Assembly (NCBI GenBank): GCA_963733055.1 | Contig: CAVTBR010000001.1 | Span: forward strand, 1,508,809 to 1,572,808 | Direction of reading: 5' to 3' | DNA length: 64,000 nucleotides | From: Candidatus Bathyarchaeota archaeon | Lineage (GTDB): Archaea > Thermoproteota > Bathyarchaeia > 40CM-2-53-6 | Part shown: positions 1-10,005 of the stretch, in pieces | Layout of the letters: every line of letters begins with the position of its first letter | How positions within the stretch are numbered: position 1 is the stretch's first letter | Position numbers and translations under genes: made by a program | The notes under the pieces: model-generated | What the model was told of the DNA's origin: nothing | What the model saw: the letters and a program-made list of their open reading frames with translations, nothing else | The model's database searches: none

Positions 1-202
1 TCGTAGACATCGCCGCGCTGCTGCATCTCAATCTCGATTGGGCAGATTCCTACCTTAGCCCTCAACCATGCGGCTGCTCCGTTGAGGCCTTTGGTGATGC
101 GGCGTTCCGCGAGTTCCCTGAACTGTATCTTCGAAATCTACGCATCTCTTCGTCGTGATTCCCCCTGAAGAAAGTAATTTCATGGTTTCCTGCATGCCTG
201 CT

Positions 203-916
203 CTAAGAAGTGAAGATGCCGTCGATTTGTATTGTCATGGTCCACGAGTTGTCCAGTGCGTAGAGTGTTAGCGTTATGATCGTCAGGCCAGAGCCGGGGA
301 AGTGAGGGAGGTTATTTCCATAAACCCAGGCTTGGGTGGTTAAATTGTCTGGTACGAGGTGAATTTCGTGGTAAGAGTTGAGGCTAGAATTTGAGTGCAG
401 ACTATTGGGAATGTACCGTATGTTTACGTTGCAGCACCAGAAATCTAGTTCGAAGTCAGCATTGTTCTTGAAATGGATTTGGAATGTTACCGACTGGTTG
501 TCCGGAATAATTGCGAGCCGGCCATTCGTGGATGGAAGCCATCCGTAGTCCGCGTCGACTTCAATTGCTAAACTTGGTTTTTGGTATATTGTGGTGAGGC
601 TTGTCGTAGTTGAGGTTACGCTTGTTGAGTACTCCGTGGTTGAATATGTCGTCGAGGCGGAATATGTTGTTGAGGTTGACAGGGTTGTTGTCTGCTCGAA
701 AGTGAGCGTTGTGGATTGAGTCACGAGAGCCACGAACGCCGCATTATATCCGGTGAGATGCGCTATCCATGGAGCAAAGAAAGGCGAGCTGAGAATCAGA
801 ACCAAACTAAGCACCGTGGTAAGCAACACGCCTAGCCGTGTAAGTTTACCCCAGAATCCATTCTCTCGCTTTTCAGGCATAGTCAAGCATTCCCAAAGAT
901 CGCTTGGTTGCATCAA
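203..916 (-). CDS. Membrane-anchored hypothetical protein with Ser/Thr-rich linker
   Basis: N-terminal hydrophobic helix, long S/T tract, beta-rich C-terminal domain. Confidence 0.6.
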   Translation of the reverse strand: MMQPSDLWECLTMPEKRENGFWGKLTRLGVLLTTVLSLVLILSSPFFAPWIAHLTGYNAAFVALVTQSTTLTFEQTTTLSTSTTYSASTTYSTTEYSTSVTSTTTSLTTIYQKPSLAIEVDADYGWLPSTNGRLAIIPDNQSVTFQIHFKNNADFELDFWCCNVNIRYIPNSLHSNSSLNSYHEIHLVPDNLTTQAWVYGNNLPHFPGSGLTIITLTLYALDNSWTMTIQIDGIFTS

Positions 917-1144
917 GCCTTTAGAATTTACGTCATTCTATCAATTGCTGCACAATCGGTGATTTCCTCCTAGTTCAACACGGCTTCCCATTGAATGTCC
1001 TGTCAGGGGGCTGGTGGTGCGCACGCACAGGAAAATCCCTGAACGATCTCTCCGAAGGCGCTGAGAACGCACCAACTAGTTTGCGTTAGGAAACTCCTAG
1101 TGAACGATGGAGCTGACCTTTCGCGTGTGGACGGGTTCGAACAT

Positions 1145-2413
1145 TTACTTTTTGGGCGCGTGATCTTTACAATAGTGCTTCTTGGATATGATCCCCTTGG
1201 TTACGACGCAGCTAGAACACATGATCCTGCCGCATGTCGAGCAGTTCTTTGAATGTTCTGTCGCGCAAACTGCCTTTCCGCATTCTGAGCAGATCCATGA
1301 AGGAGTGTTACTGCACATGGAACACTTGGCCAGATCGTCGTGAATGAAGGCTCCAGTCGACGCCAGAAGTGTTCTGATGTAATTGAAGCTTTTCACCTGA
1401 TACAGGCCGATCAGCGTCGGAATCTTAAGGTGTTTGAAGTCAAGGATTTCGATATCCCGTTTCTTGGGTTGAATGACCTTTACTCTTCTGCTGTAGGTTG
1501 AGGGCGTCGTATATCGATAGTTAATTGAAAGCCGGTTAACCAGTTCCTCTTTTGCAGACTCCTTTGCAAGGCTAGAATCTAGTTTCGGAGGAATCACCGA
1601 AGTCCGCATCTTGTCCGGTGGTTGCATAGAATCCATCGGTTGCAGACTTAACAATTCGGCGAATGCCGCGTTGCTCGACGCTGGCTGAACACCCTCTCTT
1701 GCCCTGCTAGCAACAACATGACCATTAACGGCATCAAGCAAGAGAATTCCTTTGCTCTCGATAACTACCGCATTGCCTACGACTGAATGTTGCGAGAAAC
1801 ATCCATATTCCATGAGATAGAAAGGCCTCAGAGAGAGGTTAACGGACTCCTTTAGGGCCTGCCAATTCTTCAAGTGGCCGGGCCTAATTTCAGAGAAACC
1901 CGCTCTTACCGGGAGAACGTCATGAATCGCTCCGGTGTCCGGAATCCTTACTTTTGCTATCTTCTGTTCGAGTATTCTTTCGTCCCACAACTCCATGCCC
2001 AGCGCGGCTGCGTGCGATTGTGCATCAGATGTGAAACCACCCGTTGAGACGAAAATCCCCTTTGTAAAACCCAGCGCGGTAAGCTTGTCATGGAAATTCC
2101 TAATCTCCTTGATATCCATAGGACCGCTAACAAACTTGCACTCTACTGCGATTACTATCTTTCCAAACTCCTCTTGCTTCGACGCCACGACGTCAATCTC
2201 GTGATGTACATCGGAACGGTCCTTCATCTTGACTCTAACTTCTGTGTCAAACCCAATCTCACGAAAGTATTTTGCGACGGTGTCCTCTAGTTCGCTGCCC
2301 TTCTCTCTCATTGAAACTGTTTGCACTTGAACCGTGCCTACTCTCGTCCCACAACTCGGGCAGAAGGAGAGAGTGGATTCTAATTGAGTACCACAAGCCG
2401 GGCAATAGGGCAT
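1145..2413 (-). CDS. Mrr-like restriction endonuclease domain protein with N-terminal zinc ribbon and Cys-rich C-terminus
   Basis: CPACG..CPSCG ribbon; G.ELE...EIDV...VECK PD-(D/E)xK core; GIFVSTGGFT motif typical of Mrr_cat; multiple CxxC at the C-terminus. Confidence 0.8.
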   Translation of the reverse strand: MPYCPACGTQLESTLSFCPSCGTRVGTVQVQTVSMREKGSELEDTVAKYFREIGFDTEVRVKMKDRSDVHHEIDVVASKQEEFGKIVIAVECKFVSGPMDIKEIRNFHDKLTALGFTKGIFVSTGGFTSDAQSHAAALGMELWDERILEQKIAKVRIPDTGAIHDVLPVRAGFSEIRPGHLKNWQALKESVNLSLRPFYLMEYGCFSQHSVVGNAVVIESKGILLLDAVNGHVVASRAREGVQPASSNAAFAELLSLQPMDSMQPPDKMRTSVIPPKLDSSLAKESAKEELVNRLSINYRYTTPSTYSRRVKVIQPKKRDIEILDFKHLKIPTLIGLYQVKSFNYIRTLLASTGAFIHDDLAKCSMCSNTPSWICSECGKAVCATEHSKNCSTCGRIMCSSCVVTKGIISKKHYCKDHAPKK

Positions 2414-2534
2414 ACGAATTCAGCTTCAGATCACTAATGGGCTGATGAAATTATGCCTTTGCAGCCGAGAACCTGCGACGTGGATTTCAAGGTGGTGTAT
2501 TCGATCACTCCGTCCGATAAATCGCCACAGGTCT

Positions 2535-4106
2535 TCACCTTTTCCGCCCTTCTATTGCTAATTGTCCGGCAAGTGAGTCTAGGAAACCTTTGACCAAGCT
2601 AGTCGCTTCGCAATCTTCTTTGTTATACTGTTCTATCTTTAGCTTCTCATTTTGGTCTTGGTTCTTAAGGTAACTCAAATAGTGTGCGATCGAAAGGAAT
2701 CCGTCCATGCCCTGCTCACTCCAACTAAACCCCAATCTTTTCGCCACGTCCTTTAGTCCGAAGCTATAGGTAGGGAAAACTGCCGAATGTTTCAAGACTT
2801 GATTGAGGTCAAGCATCTTGCCAGTGATATCATCTTTAATCCCGTACTTCACTAGCATCTGGTTGACGTGAGTCTTCTCATAATTGCCGTAGTGGTAGAT
2901 TACGAAATTGTGCTTGGATCTTAGTAAGGAAATGAATCGTAGGAGTATTGACTTTTCGTCCTCGATGGTTTCTGCAAAATATGGAACGTATTCGCTTTTC
3001 CCATTTTCGACTACTAGAGTCCCTATCAAATAGATAGTGTTGACCCATCGCTCGCTTGAATCAACTCCAAGTTGTTCAAGAAATAGGTTTGAAAGATCAT
3101 AAGTGCCCTCAAAATCTAGAAAGATTTCAGTTTCACAGCGTGGGATGGGCGCAGTACCGATTGTGATTATCCTGTCTTGTAAAATTGCTTCAGCATGGGT
3201 TCGCCATTTGGCCAAGCTCTCGGGGCCAATTCCCTTTGTCTTGACTATGCTTAGGTTCGCGTTCTTCAAATCAGAAATTGTTCTTATCCTCACCCTTGCC
3301 AAAAGTTCTTTCTTTTGTGGGCCTATTCCTGAGATCAGTGATATGTCGCCAATCTCCTTGGCTCTTCTTAGACCGTAGGACTTCCACGGATCCTGAAGTG
3401 CGCCTTTGGTTGGTGTAACGATTTGACCCCCAACTATGTTTCTTACCCCCGCGATCGAATCCTGCAATTGGCTTGCAAAATCGTCGAAAGGAAAGCTGAA
3501 CTCTTCGTTGTCTCTGTTCAGGATGATGAATGCTGGTGGGGTGTAGTCTTGTATTTTGCCTAATATGTAATTGTTCAGTGCTGTTTGTAGAACATGTTTC
3601 CTTTGAGGCTGTTTTGTGGTCTTCTTTTCCTTCACGATATAATGATAGTTTCCAAAAATACTCTTGTGACCACTCGTTCTTTCCAATACATCTGGAATTC
3701 CCATCAGGCCTTCAGGCAAGTAGATTAACGAAGCCGAATGGAACGCCGATATTCCTTCAAAACAACCTTTCAATACTTCGAAGAACGCTTCCTCACGCGT
3801 TTCGACTTCGATAGTCTGCATTTGAGGATAGGTTTCCTGTATGTACTTCGCTTCTTCTATGTTTCCAATCTTCGCTAGAATCTTCATGGATTCTGGTATC
3901 GGATCTTTCTCAGTTTCAGGAGCAAAAAGATCACACCAAAGATTGAACGGTGACACCGTGTAAAGCAGAACCATCGACGGATTTACGACAGACTTGGAAT
4001 CTAGTGATTCGCGAGACAAGCACTTCTCGAAAAGGAGATTTAGTTTGGTGCTATCCTTCGAAGTAGGACGCGCCTTCTCTACATCAAGCAAACTCTGACT
4101 GACCAA
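2535..4106 (-). CDS. TM0106-family RecB-like nuclease with HhH and C-terminal RNase H-like domain
   Basis: PDVLER...SIFGNYHY..KEKK nuclease region, ISGIGP HhH, FLDFEG...YHYGNYEK...YNKEDC RNase_H_2 motifs. Confidence 0.8.
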   Translation of the reverse strand: MVSQSLLDVEKARPTSKDSTKLNLLFEKCLSRESLDSKSVVNPSMVLLYTVSPFNLWCDLFAPETEKDPIPESMKILAKIGNIEEAKYIQETYPQMQTIEVETREEAFFEVLKGCFEGISAFHSASLIYLPEGLMGIPDVLERTSGHKSIFGNYHYIVKEKKTTKQPQRKHVLQTALNNYILGKIQDYTPPAFIILNRDNEEFSFPFDDFASQLQDSIAGVRNIVGGQIVTPTKGALQDPWKSYGLRRAKEIGDISLISGIGPQKKELLARVRIRTISDLKNANLSIVKTKGIGPESLAKWRTHAEAILQDRIITIGTAPIPRCETEIFLDFEGTYDLSNLFLEQLGVDSSERWVNTIYLIGTLVVENGKSEYVPYFAETIEDEKSILLRFISLLRSKHNFVIYHYGNYEKTHVNQMLVKYGIKDDITGKMLDLNQVLKHSAVFPTYSFGLKDVAKRLGFSWSEQGMDGFLSIAHYLSYLKNQDQNEKLKIEQYNKEDCEATSLVKGFLDSLAGQLAIEGRKR

Positions 4107-4413
4107 TAGGTAGAGTTGCTTTCCCTTTCGATAGGTCCAGTGTCACGTAGATTGGAAAAGGTTGGTTACATGAGCAGTCAAGAAGACTGTGAACTACCCA
4201 TAATAGCGCGTATTACCTAGGAACATTGAGGTTTTCAGTACTGCAAACTGCACCAGGGTCTGTAAACTCTAAAGTGACATGTGTGTGGGGCTCGTAGTGC
4301 GCACACAATCTATAGCAATTTCTTCACTGCGGATCTAACATCTTTCACCAAGAATCTCAAATTCTAAGTGCTTGCTTGTTCTAACGGCCTGTCATTAAGT
4401 TGAATCCGGAGTT

Positions 4414-4614
4414 CTATCTTTGTTCTTCTCCGCAGTAAGGACAGTACACGTCGCGTGTCGTAATCCCCTCACGACATCTATTGCATCTCTTTGCCGTTCG
4501 ATACGGCTCTAAACCTCGATAGGATTCTTCTCGGTGTCCGCAAACCGGACAAACGTAGTACGAAACGTGTCGATCCAATATGGAACCGCATTTGGAGCAA
4601 AACCTGTCAGCCAT
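4414..4614 (-). CDS. Small multi-zinc-ribbon protein
   Basis: Four CxxC pairs in ~66 aa; start placed at MADRFC. Confidence 0.6.
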   Translation of the reverse strand: MADRFCSKCGSILDRHVSYYVCPVCGHREESYRGLEPYRTAKRCNRCREGITTRDVYCPYCGEEQR

Positions 4615-4743
4615 ATTCTTCTCCCCCAACGATTCTGGGGAATGCACCTAAATGAATTGTGTTACCAAATTGGTGTTGCAAATTGTGTTCCGGAAACCGG
4701 CTTTAGCGTTACTCGGATTGTGGCACCAATACGGGACACCACA

Positions 4744-4932
4744 ATGCTACAGGGCAAAGGCCGATTCCTGAACCGTCCGACCAAAACTGGCAAGCATGAA
4801 TATGACAAATTCTTCGTATACATACCCACGGAGATCGCGAGAGACGGACTCTTTCCCTTCCACGAAGGTGATGCAGTAACTGTAACGGTTGATGCTAAGA
4901 GCAAGCGAGTTATTCTGGCGAAATCATCTTAG
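4744..4932 (+). CDS. AbrB/MazE-like small DNA-binding protein
   Basis: FVYIPTEIARDGLFPFHEGDAVTVTVD swapped-hairpin signature; a homolog lies at 59559-59751; ATG at 4744. Confidence 0.6.
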   Translation: MLQGKGRFLNRPTKTGKHEYDKFFVYIPTEIARDGLFPFHEGDAVTVTVDAKSKRVILAKSS

Positions 4933-4980
4933 AGAAGTGTTAGTGTTAACTTTGCGCTCCTCTATATTGTGGGTTGAGAC

Positions 4981-5118
4981 TTATTCGCTTAGGATTGCCC
5001 GTATAGTTTCCGGAATCGTCCGTAGGCACCGGCGCTGTCGCTCCGCCTCTAATCGCTTCTCCATCTCACCGGTTAACATCAAAGTATGTTTGTAGGCGAA
5101 AAATGTCAGAGCGCTCAC
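4981..5118 (-). CDS. Small ribbon-helix-helix-like protein (45 aa, below ORF-track cutoff)
   Basis: Manual translation MSALTFFAYKHTLMLTGEMEKRLEAERQRRCLRTIPETIRAILSE. Confidence 0.45.
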   Translation of the reverse strand: MSALTFFAYKHTLMLTGEMEKRLEAERQRRCLRTIPETIRAILSE

Positions 5119-5362
5119 CCTACTCGCTGCCTATAGCCGCATTCTTGTAGACGTCTTCAGAAGGCCGGTTAGGTGCAGCCAGAACCTTTCCGCCCAAGAG
5201 TCCTTTTCCAGACTTGTCACACATGTGACATACTCGCTTCTCATTATTGTCAGGTTGAAGGTTATAGCCACCGATCCCCCCTCGTTGTCACACGTGCGAC
5301 ATGTCAAGTGGGCCGACGTGGGGTTCAGGAAGGGTCTGCTAGGCCGGGTGTTTGCATCCTGA

Positions 5363-5506
5363 CTACTTCTTGCTTTTGATCCAAAGTTCGATTGCTTCTT
5401 CAATTGCAAGTTGTAGGTTGCCCTTTTTCATACCTAACCGCTTGAATACTTCGTCCCTGAATCGTTTCTCCAGTTCGTCGCTAAGTGTGAGAGTTAATTT
5501 GCCCAT
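5363..5506 (-). CDS. Ribbon-helix-helix (CopG-like) protein (47 aa, below ORF-track cutoff)
   Basis: Manual translation MGKLTLTLSDELEKRFRDEVFKRLGMKKGNLQLAIEEAIELWIKSKK, with the strand-helix-helix RHH pattern. Confidence 0.7.
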   Translation of the reverse strand: MGKLTLTLSDELEKRFRDEVFKRLGMKKGNLQLAIEEAIELWIKSKK

Positions 5507-5603
5507 TTGCTGAGCCTCAACTTAGTTGGGCCATCTAGCTGGTTATATGGTTTACCATCTATCAGGTAGCTTTAACTGGACGGATAACATGATAGCCTGT
5601 TAG

Positions 5604-5885
5604 ATGGCTATGATGGTTGACCAACAACCTCAACCAGTGTCACAGTTGCGACCGATGGCCGGTTTGCTTTGGGTTGTAGACTACGACATACCTGTGGACA
5701 GTGTATCGGAGAGACGAGCTTTCTATCGTGCTCTGCACGAAGTATTGAGGTCTCATGATATTGTTGCTGATCGGAGTACGCAGAGTGTCTGGATTCTCGA
5801 CAATGAAGCGATCGCTAACGAAATTCACGTCTTAGCTTGCAAATTTGGGAAAAGCCACTTGTATTCGGCGTCTAGGCTCGACTGA
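5604..5885 (+). CDS. Stand-alone Cas2/VapD-like ferredoxin-fold protein
   Basis: WVVDYDIP...RRAFYRAL...RSTQSVW resembles the Cas2 YDI...R...QxSVF motifs. Confidence 0.5.
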   Translation: MAMMVDQQPQPVSQLRPMAGLLWVVDYDIPVDSVSERRAFYRALHEVLRSHDIVADRSTQSVWILDNEAIANEIHVLACKFGKSHLYSASRLD

Positions 5886-6060
5886 GCTTCCGAGCGCACG
5901 AGACACAGATCAACCGACCCCTAACGCGCTTGGCGTTCTCTTGCTTGGTGATGATCGCTTTGCAGTCGGGACATTGGAACGGTTTCAATTCCTTATCCGC
6001 TCTCTCGATTGCCTCTCTCAAGCCTAATATCATGTATGGCCGCCGAATCTCACCTTCCAT
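5872..6060 (-). CDS. Small zinc-finger protein
   Basis: CPDC...CVSC; start placed at MEGEIR. Confidence 0.45.
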   Translation of the reverse strand: MEGEIRRPYMILGLREAIERADKELKPFQCPDCKAIITKQENAKRVRGRLICVSCARKLSRA

Positions 6061-6226
6061 ACCGACAACCTGGTGTTTTTCGCATATATGCAACTCACGA
6101 TCAGACTGTAATCTTCCGACCTCCCTCGTTAATGATTGGCTGATGTTTGGGAAACGCCTAATGTTCCCAAGGTTCCCGAAGCGTAGTAACACGTGGCTTC
6201 TAGGGAGCCTCGTGTATCTGTAAAGC

Positions 6227-6922
6227 TTGATTCAATTGAAGCTTCCAGCTCGTCACTTAGGATTGACTACGTTACTAATTGCTATGGTTCTAGTAGCCGC
6301 TTGCATCACAATCAAACAGGTCGCTGCTGCGCCTAGGGCCGTGATCCAGCATGATGCTGGTTACGTAGACATTTCCGGATTCTATCATGTCGCGGGCGAA
6401 GTGAAGAATACTGGTAATGTCTGGTTGCAATTCATTGAAGTCTCAGCAAGCTTCAAAGACGAGAACGGAGTCGTCGTGGACATCAAACCTGCGCCTCCTT
6501 GGCTGCTTCACTTACCACCCAACGCGTCTGCGGGTTTCGACGCAATAGAATTGAACACCACTCTGGCAGCCACTATTCGCAGTTATACGCTAACCCTCAC
6601 TTATCAGATGTCGCAACCGATGTCTGCAAAGCTCGTCATTACCGGTCTTACTTCCTCGAAGAATAGCTTCGGTATGTTTCAAGTTCAAGGACAAGTAACA
6701 AACACCGGAGACTCGGTAAGCGAAAATACCTTCGTCACGGGAACTTTCTATGGCACGGATGGAAAAGTTGTCTATGTTGCCATTACGTCGCCTACCCAAT
6801 CGACAATTCAACCGGGTACTAGCCAACCGTTCACGCTCACGGTTTTCGACTCAACAAGGGTCAGCTTAATTGGCAATTATTCCATTGCTGCCGAGAGTCT
6901 ACAATATACTAGTGTAAGCTAA
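6227..6922 (+). CDS. Secreted protein with two FxLYD-type Ig-like domains
   Basis: Signal peptide; two repeats GEVKNTG..V.ASFKD..G.VV and GQVTNTG..VTGTFYG..G.VV. Confidence 0.7.
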   Translation: MIQLKLPARHLGLTTLLIAMVLVAACITIKQVAAAPRAVIQHDAGYVDISGFYHVAGEVKNTGNVWLQFIEVSASFKDENGVVVDIKPAPPWLLHLPPNASAGFDAIELNTTLAATIRSYTLTLTYQMSQPMSAKLVITGLTSSKNSFGMFQVQGQVTNTGDSVSENTFVTGTFYGTDGKVVYVAITSPTQSTIQPGTSQPFTLTVFDSTRVSLIGNYSIAAESLQYTSVS

Positions 6923-7098
6923 TCAGTCAAAGGGATAGCTCTAATCAAATCCTTGCCGTCCTTAATCCAGACTTGATGACAGTAGGCGCACGAGTAGCTT
7001 GATCTGGTTATCATTTGTTCTCCGTGCCAGCGATATTCGAGGGAATCGAGTTCAAGCATGCAACTACAGTTGGGGCAGTTCATAGTACGTGTACTCAT
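6919..7098 (-). CDS. Small zinc-ribbon protein (59 aa, below ORF-track cutoff)
   Basis: Manual translation MSTRTMNCPNCSCMLE...YSCAYCHQVWIKD... Confidence 0.5.
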   Translation of the reverse strand: MSTRTMNCPNCSCMLELDSLEYRWHGEQMITRSSYSCAYCHQVWIKDGKDLIRAIPLTD

Positions 7099-7232
7099 GG
7101 CAGAACGCCAACGGCAACTGAATGGTCAACGACCCGACCGTAGACGTGTACACTCTAATCGCAAGCGGTTAACTGCGATTCCACTCGACCCTGGCGACTT
7201 AACAGAAGCGGGGATTGAATGAGGCGAGTCGG

Positions 7233-7505
7233 TCAGGTTTCGGTTATTCGAGAGGCAGCCGCCGCCAGTTTCTTCATGGCGTCACTTAAGATGCCGCGTA
7301 TGTCGGGGGGCAGATTGCTGAGTTCTTCTCGCTTCGTTCTTGTAGCGCTTATGAGTTCAATTCCAATGATCTTTCCTTGCTCATCCAGCTTTGCGATTAC
7401 GCCGTCTCCAACCTCCTCACTTTCCGCTTCCTTCTCCTGATCCCCAAACCAGACATCTAGAGTGTCATATTCCGAAACATAGTACGTGCGCACTAGCTTT
7501 TCCAT
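7233..7505 (-). CDS. DUF2283-like protein (putative antitoxin)
   Basis: YY..EYDTLDVWFG...EVGDGVIAKLDEQGKIIGIELISA. Confidence 0.75.
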   Translation of the reverse strand: MEKLVRTYYVSEYDTLDVWFGDQEKEAESEEVGDGVIAKLDEQGKIIGIELISATRTKREELSNLPPDIRGILSDAMKKLAAAASRITET

Positions 7506-7764
7506 ATGGTTTCGCCCTTGCCCTTCTTGCGCGTTAGATACGGGGCTTATGTCTTTCGAAAAATCAATCGGCTTCTTCCAGCGAGCGAACTTCCTCTACT
7601 TGAAGATTTAGCGTCGTACTTCTCGAATTGCTCCGCTGCCGTTTCCTTGAGAACGGGTATTGGTTCTGGCAGCATTGCCCTTCCACCACACATGAGACAG
7701 GCTTGTTGCGCACTTATGTTTTAACTGTGCAACCGATACGATATCTATTGTAAACGGGGATAAA

Positions 7765-7905
7765 ATGACGCTACCCAAACGTCCCCTAGAGGCTTCGGGT
7801 AATTGGCTGCGAACCAAGCTGAGCAGGAAGGAGCTGAAGGCCATGGCTGAGAAGGCGGCGCGCAAGGATGCGGTCAAGAGGGCGAAGAGAAGAAGGCAGC
7901 TATGA
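7765..7905 (+). CDS. Small basic protein (46 aa)
   Basis: Manual translation MTLPKRPLEASGNWLRTKLSRKELKAMAEKAARKDAVKRAKRRRQL; no motif recognised. Confidence 0.3.
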   Translation: MTLPKRPLEASGNWLRTKLSRKELKAMAEKAARKDAVKRAKRRRQL

Positions 7906-8054
7906 TGATCGAGACAGACGTGCTTTTCAATCAACGTTCCTTACAATTTCGCTGATTAAATCGACAGGGACCGTGGGGTATTGTTCGTGGATCTTTTGTG
8001 CGTCATACCCCATTTTCCATAACTCTAAGATGTAATGAACGGGCGCGCGTAAGC

Positions 8055-8362
8055 GGGTCGGCGTTTTGGTGGTAACCCACCTTCTGTTTTAGGCGACATT
8101 TATCTGATCGGGATACCCGCGCCTCGGGCGGGGGTTCATTGGCGCCTATTATCCCTTTCACGGCGTGGGCGGGCATTTCACCCTTACCCCCAGCCTCATC
8201 AACGCAAGCGCATCATATTCCACGACTGGGGGAGGTTTCTTTCTGCGCCCTAACCCGGCCTCTCAGCCGACACCTCACGATGCCACGCGTCCGCCACGTG
8301 GGTGGAGTTTCCTCAGGCTCATCACATACCGAGCCCGGAGTCGCTCGCCAACTCGCCAACCC
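8055..8362 (-). ncRNA. rnpB: RNase P RNA
   Basis: Minus strand has the conserved P4 halves GAGGAAACTCCACCC and AACAGAAGGTGGGTTA; terminal P1 GGGTTGGCG/CGCCGACCC. Confidence 0.93.
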
Positions 8363-8452
8363 AAGAGATAGCGGTCGCCCGCCATAAACAAGGATTATGG
8401 AACTCGGCACCAAGCAGAATGTTGAGGAGAGAAGAAAAGGGAGGGCGGGGAT

Positions 8453-8995
8453 TTACTTCGATCGCATCGCGAGAATATACCCGACACCGCCGAGCGTAAA
8501 TCCGATTAGAGCTAGAAGGATAAGGTAAGCTATTGGTGTCGAGTAGTACTGGAGTACGTGTATGTGCACTTGATATGTTGTCCATCCTTGTCCGCCACTG
8601 CTGACTGGTTGCATGCCTGCACCGCCAAGGTAGCCTCCTATCATAGTCAGGATAGCAGCGCCAGCTACACCGATGTTTCCGAGGACTAGGTGTGCCCATG
8701 CAAATGCCTTCGCTGTTCCTGTGTATGTCTTGCCGAGTACGGTTTCAATGTAGAAGTAGAATAGTGAAGTGACAGCCATGGCGACAACGCCTACAATAAG
8801 GTACGTCAGATACCCCATGATGAACCATGTTCCAGCTTCACCCCCAGCGATCACGTGTCCCACGCCGACTGGATATAGGCCCAACTGATCGCCGAAAGCG
8901 CCAAGGAAAGTAACGAACGCTGCGATAGCACCTTGAATTATTGCCGCGTAAAGGAAGAACCCCGCCATTTTGCTTGTTTTACCTTTGAGTTCCAT
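8453..8995 (-). CDS. Four-TM membrane protein, resembling a heme-copper oxidase subunit I fragment
   Basis: Hydrophobic helices; LFYFYIE...AWAHLVLGNIG pattern. Confidence 0.55.
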   Translation of the reverse strand: MELKGKTSKMAGFFLYAAIIQGAIAAFVTFLGAFGDQLGLYPVGVGHVIAGGEAGTWFIMGYLTYLIVGVVAMAVTSLFYFYIETVLGKTYTGTAKAFAWAHLVLGNIGVAGAAILTMIGGYLGGAGMQPVSSGGQGWTTYQVHIHVLQYYSTPIAYLILLALIGFTLGGVGYILAMRSK

Positions 8996-9312
8996 TTTTC
9001 ATCTACTGAAGTTATGTAAGTACCATGAATTTGATTTAAGCCCCTTGTATATGCTTTTCATAGATTATGGCTGGAAAATGGATTGCGTTGAAAACGTTCC
9101 CTTAGAATCGAACTTCAACGCTGATTCGAAGAGCAAGAAGTAGTTATTATGGTTCCAGTGAAGGAAACTCCCTGTCGACAAACGGTTCTACACAGAGGAA
9201 AAACGAAAGCTTTGGGCCGTCGCCGACGGGATACCCGCTGAAATCTACTTTTCACTGCGTTGCCCTCGTGAAGTTTTCACTTAATAATATCCCTGTTCAA
9301 AACGGTTTAGCC

Positions 9313-9933
9313 ATGGGTTTCATGCCAATACGTTACGGGCAACAGCGCAGCCCCCTATCCTCGCCCACAACGTTACTGATCCTCGCCAACGTGATAGTCT
9401 TCTTGGTAATGTTGGTGAGTGGGGATTTTGGCGATTGCAGCTCCTTGACATGCCACGTGCTTGCGCAGGAGAACGATCTGGTCTGGGCAGGGGCGTATTG
9501 GCAGTTGTTCACCTCAATGTTCGTACACTTCGGCCCCGTCCATTTGCTGTTCAACATGTTCGGGCTCTACTTCTTCGGCCGCATCAATGAATCCACGTTC
9601 TCGCCCCCGAAATTTCTAACAATCTACTTGGGATCCGGGTTGCTGGGCAGCGTCATGTCTCTTGTTCTCTTGGCGCCGTCTACGGTCTCTGGGGGGGCGT
9701 CTGGCGCGATCTTCGGCTTGGTGGGTTCGTATGTGGCTATTGAGCGAAGTACGCAACGTATGGGTTTCGCACTGATCTACGCCGTCATCATATTTGTCGA
9801 AAGCAGCTTCTTGCCCGGCGTGAACATTTTCGCGCATCTGTTCGGGTTGGTGGGTGGTTTTGCTCTGGGTCTAATTTTCATTTCTAGGCGAAAGCCGATC
9901 GGCTACTCCGAAGGGTACACGTACTCAACATAG
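9313..9933 (+). CDS. Rhomboid intramembrane serine protease
   Basis: WQLFTSMFVH...HLLFNM, GASGAIFG catalytic Ser, AHLFG catalytic His. Confidence 0.93.
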   Translation: MGFMPIRYGQQRSPLSSPTTLLILANVIVFLVMLVSGDFGDCSSLTCHVLAQENDLVWAGAYWQLFTSMFVHFGPVHLLFNMFGLYFFGRINESTFSPPKFLTIYLGSGLLGSVMSLVLLAPSTVSGGASGAIFGLVGSYVAIERSTQRMGFALIYAVIIFVESSFLPGVNIFAHLFGLVGGFALGLIFISRRKPIGYSEGYTYST

Positions 9934-10005
9934 TTGCAAACCAACGGTTACGTTCGTTATGGTGGGAGCGGGTTGTCTCCTCGCAGGGCGGAGATTGGTT
10001 TCTGA

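Noticed and set aside
590-720. Low-complexity GTT/GAG-rich stretch
   Set aside because: Explained by the Ser/Thr-rich linker of the minus-strand CDS; not a DNA repeat array
8139-8499. Short ORFs on both strands
   Set aside because: They overlap the RNase P RNA gene
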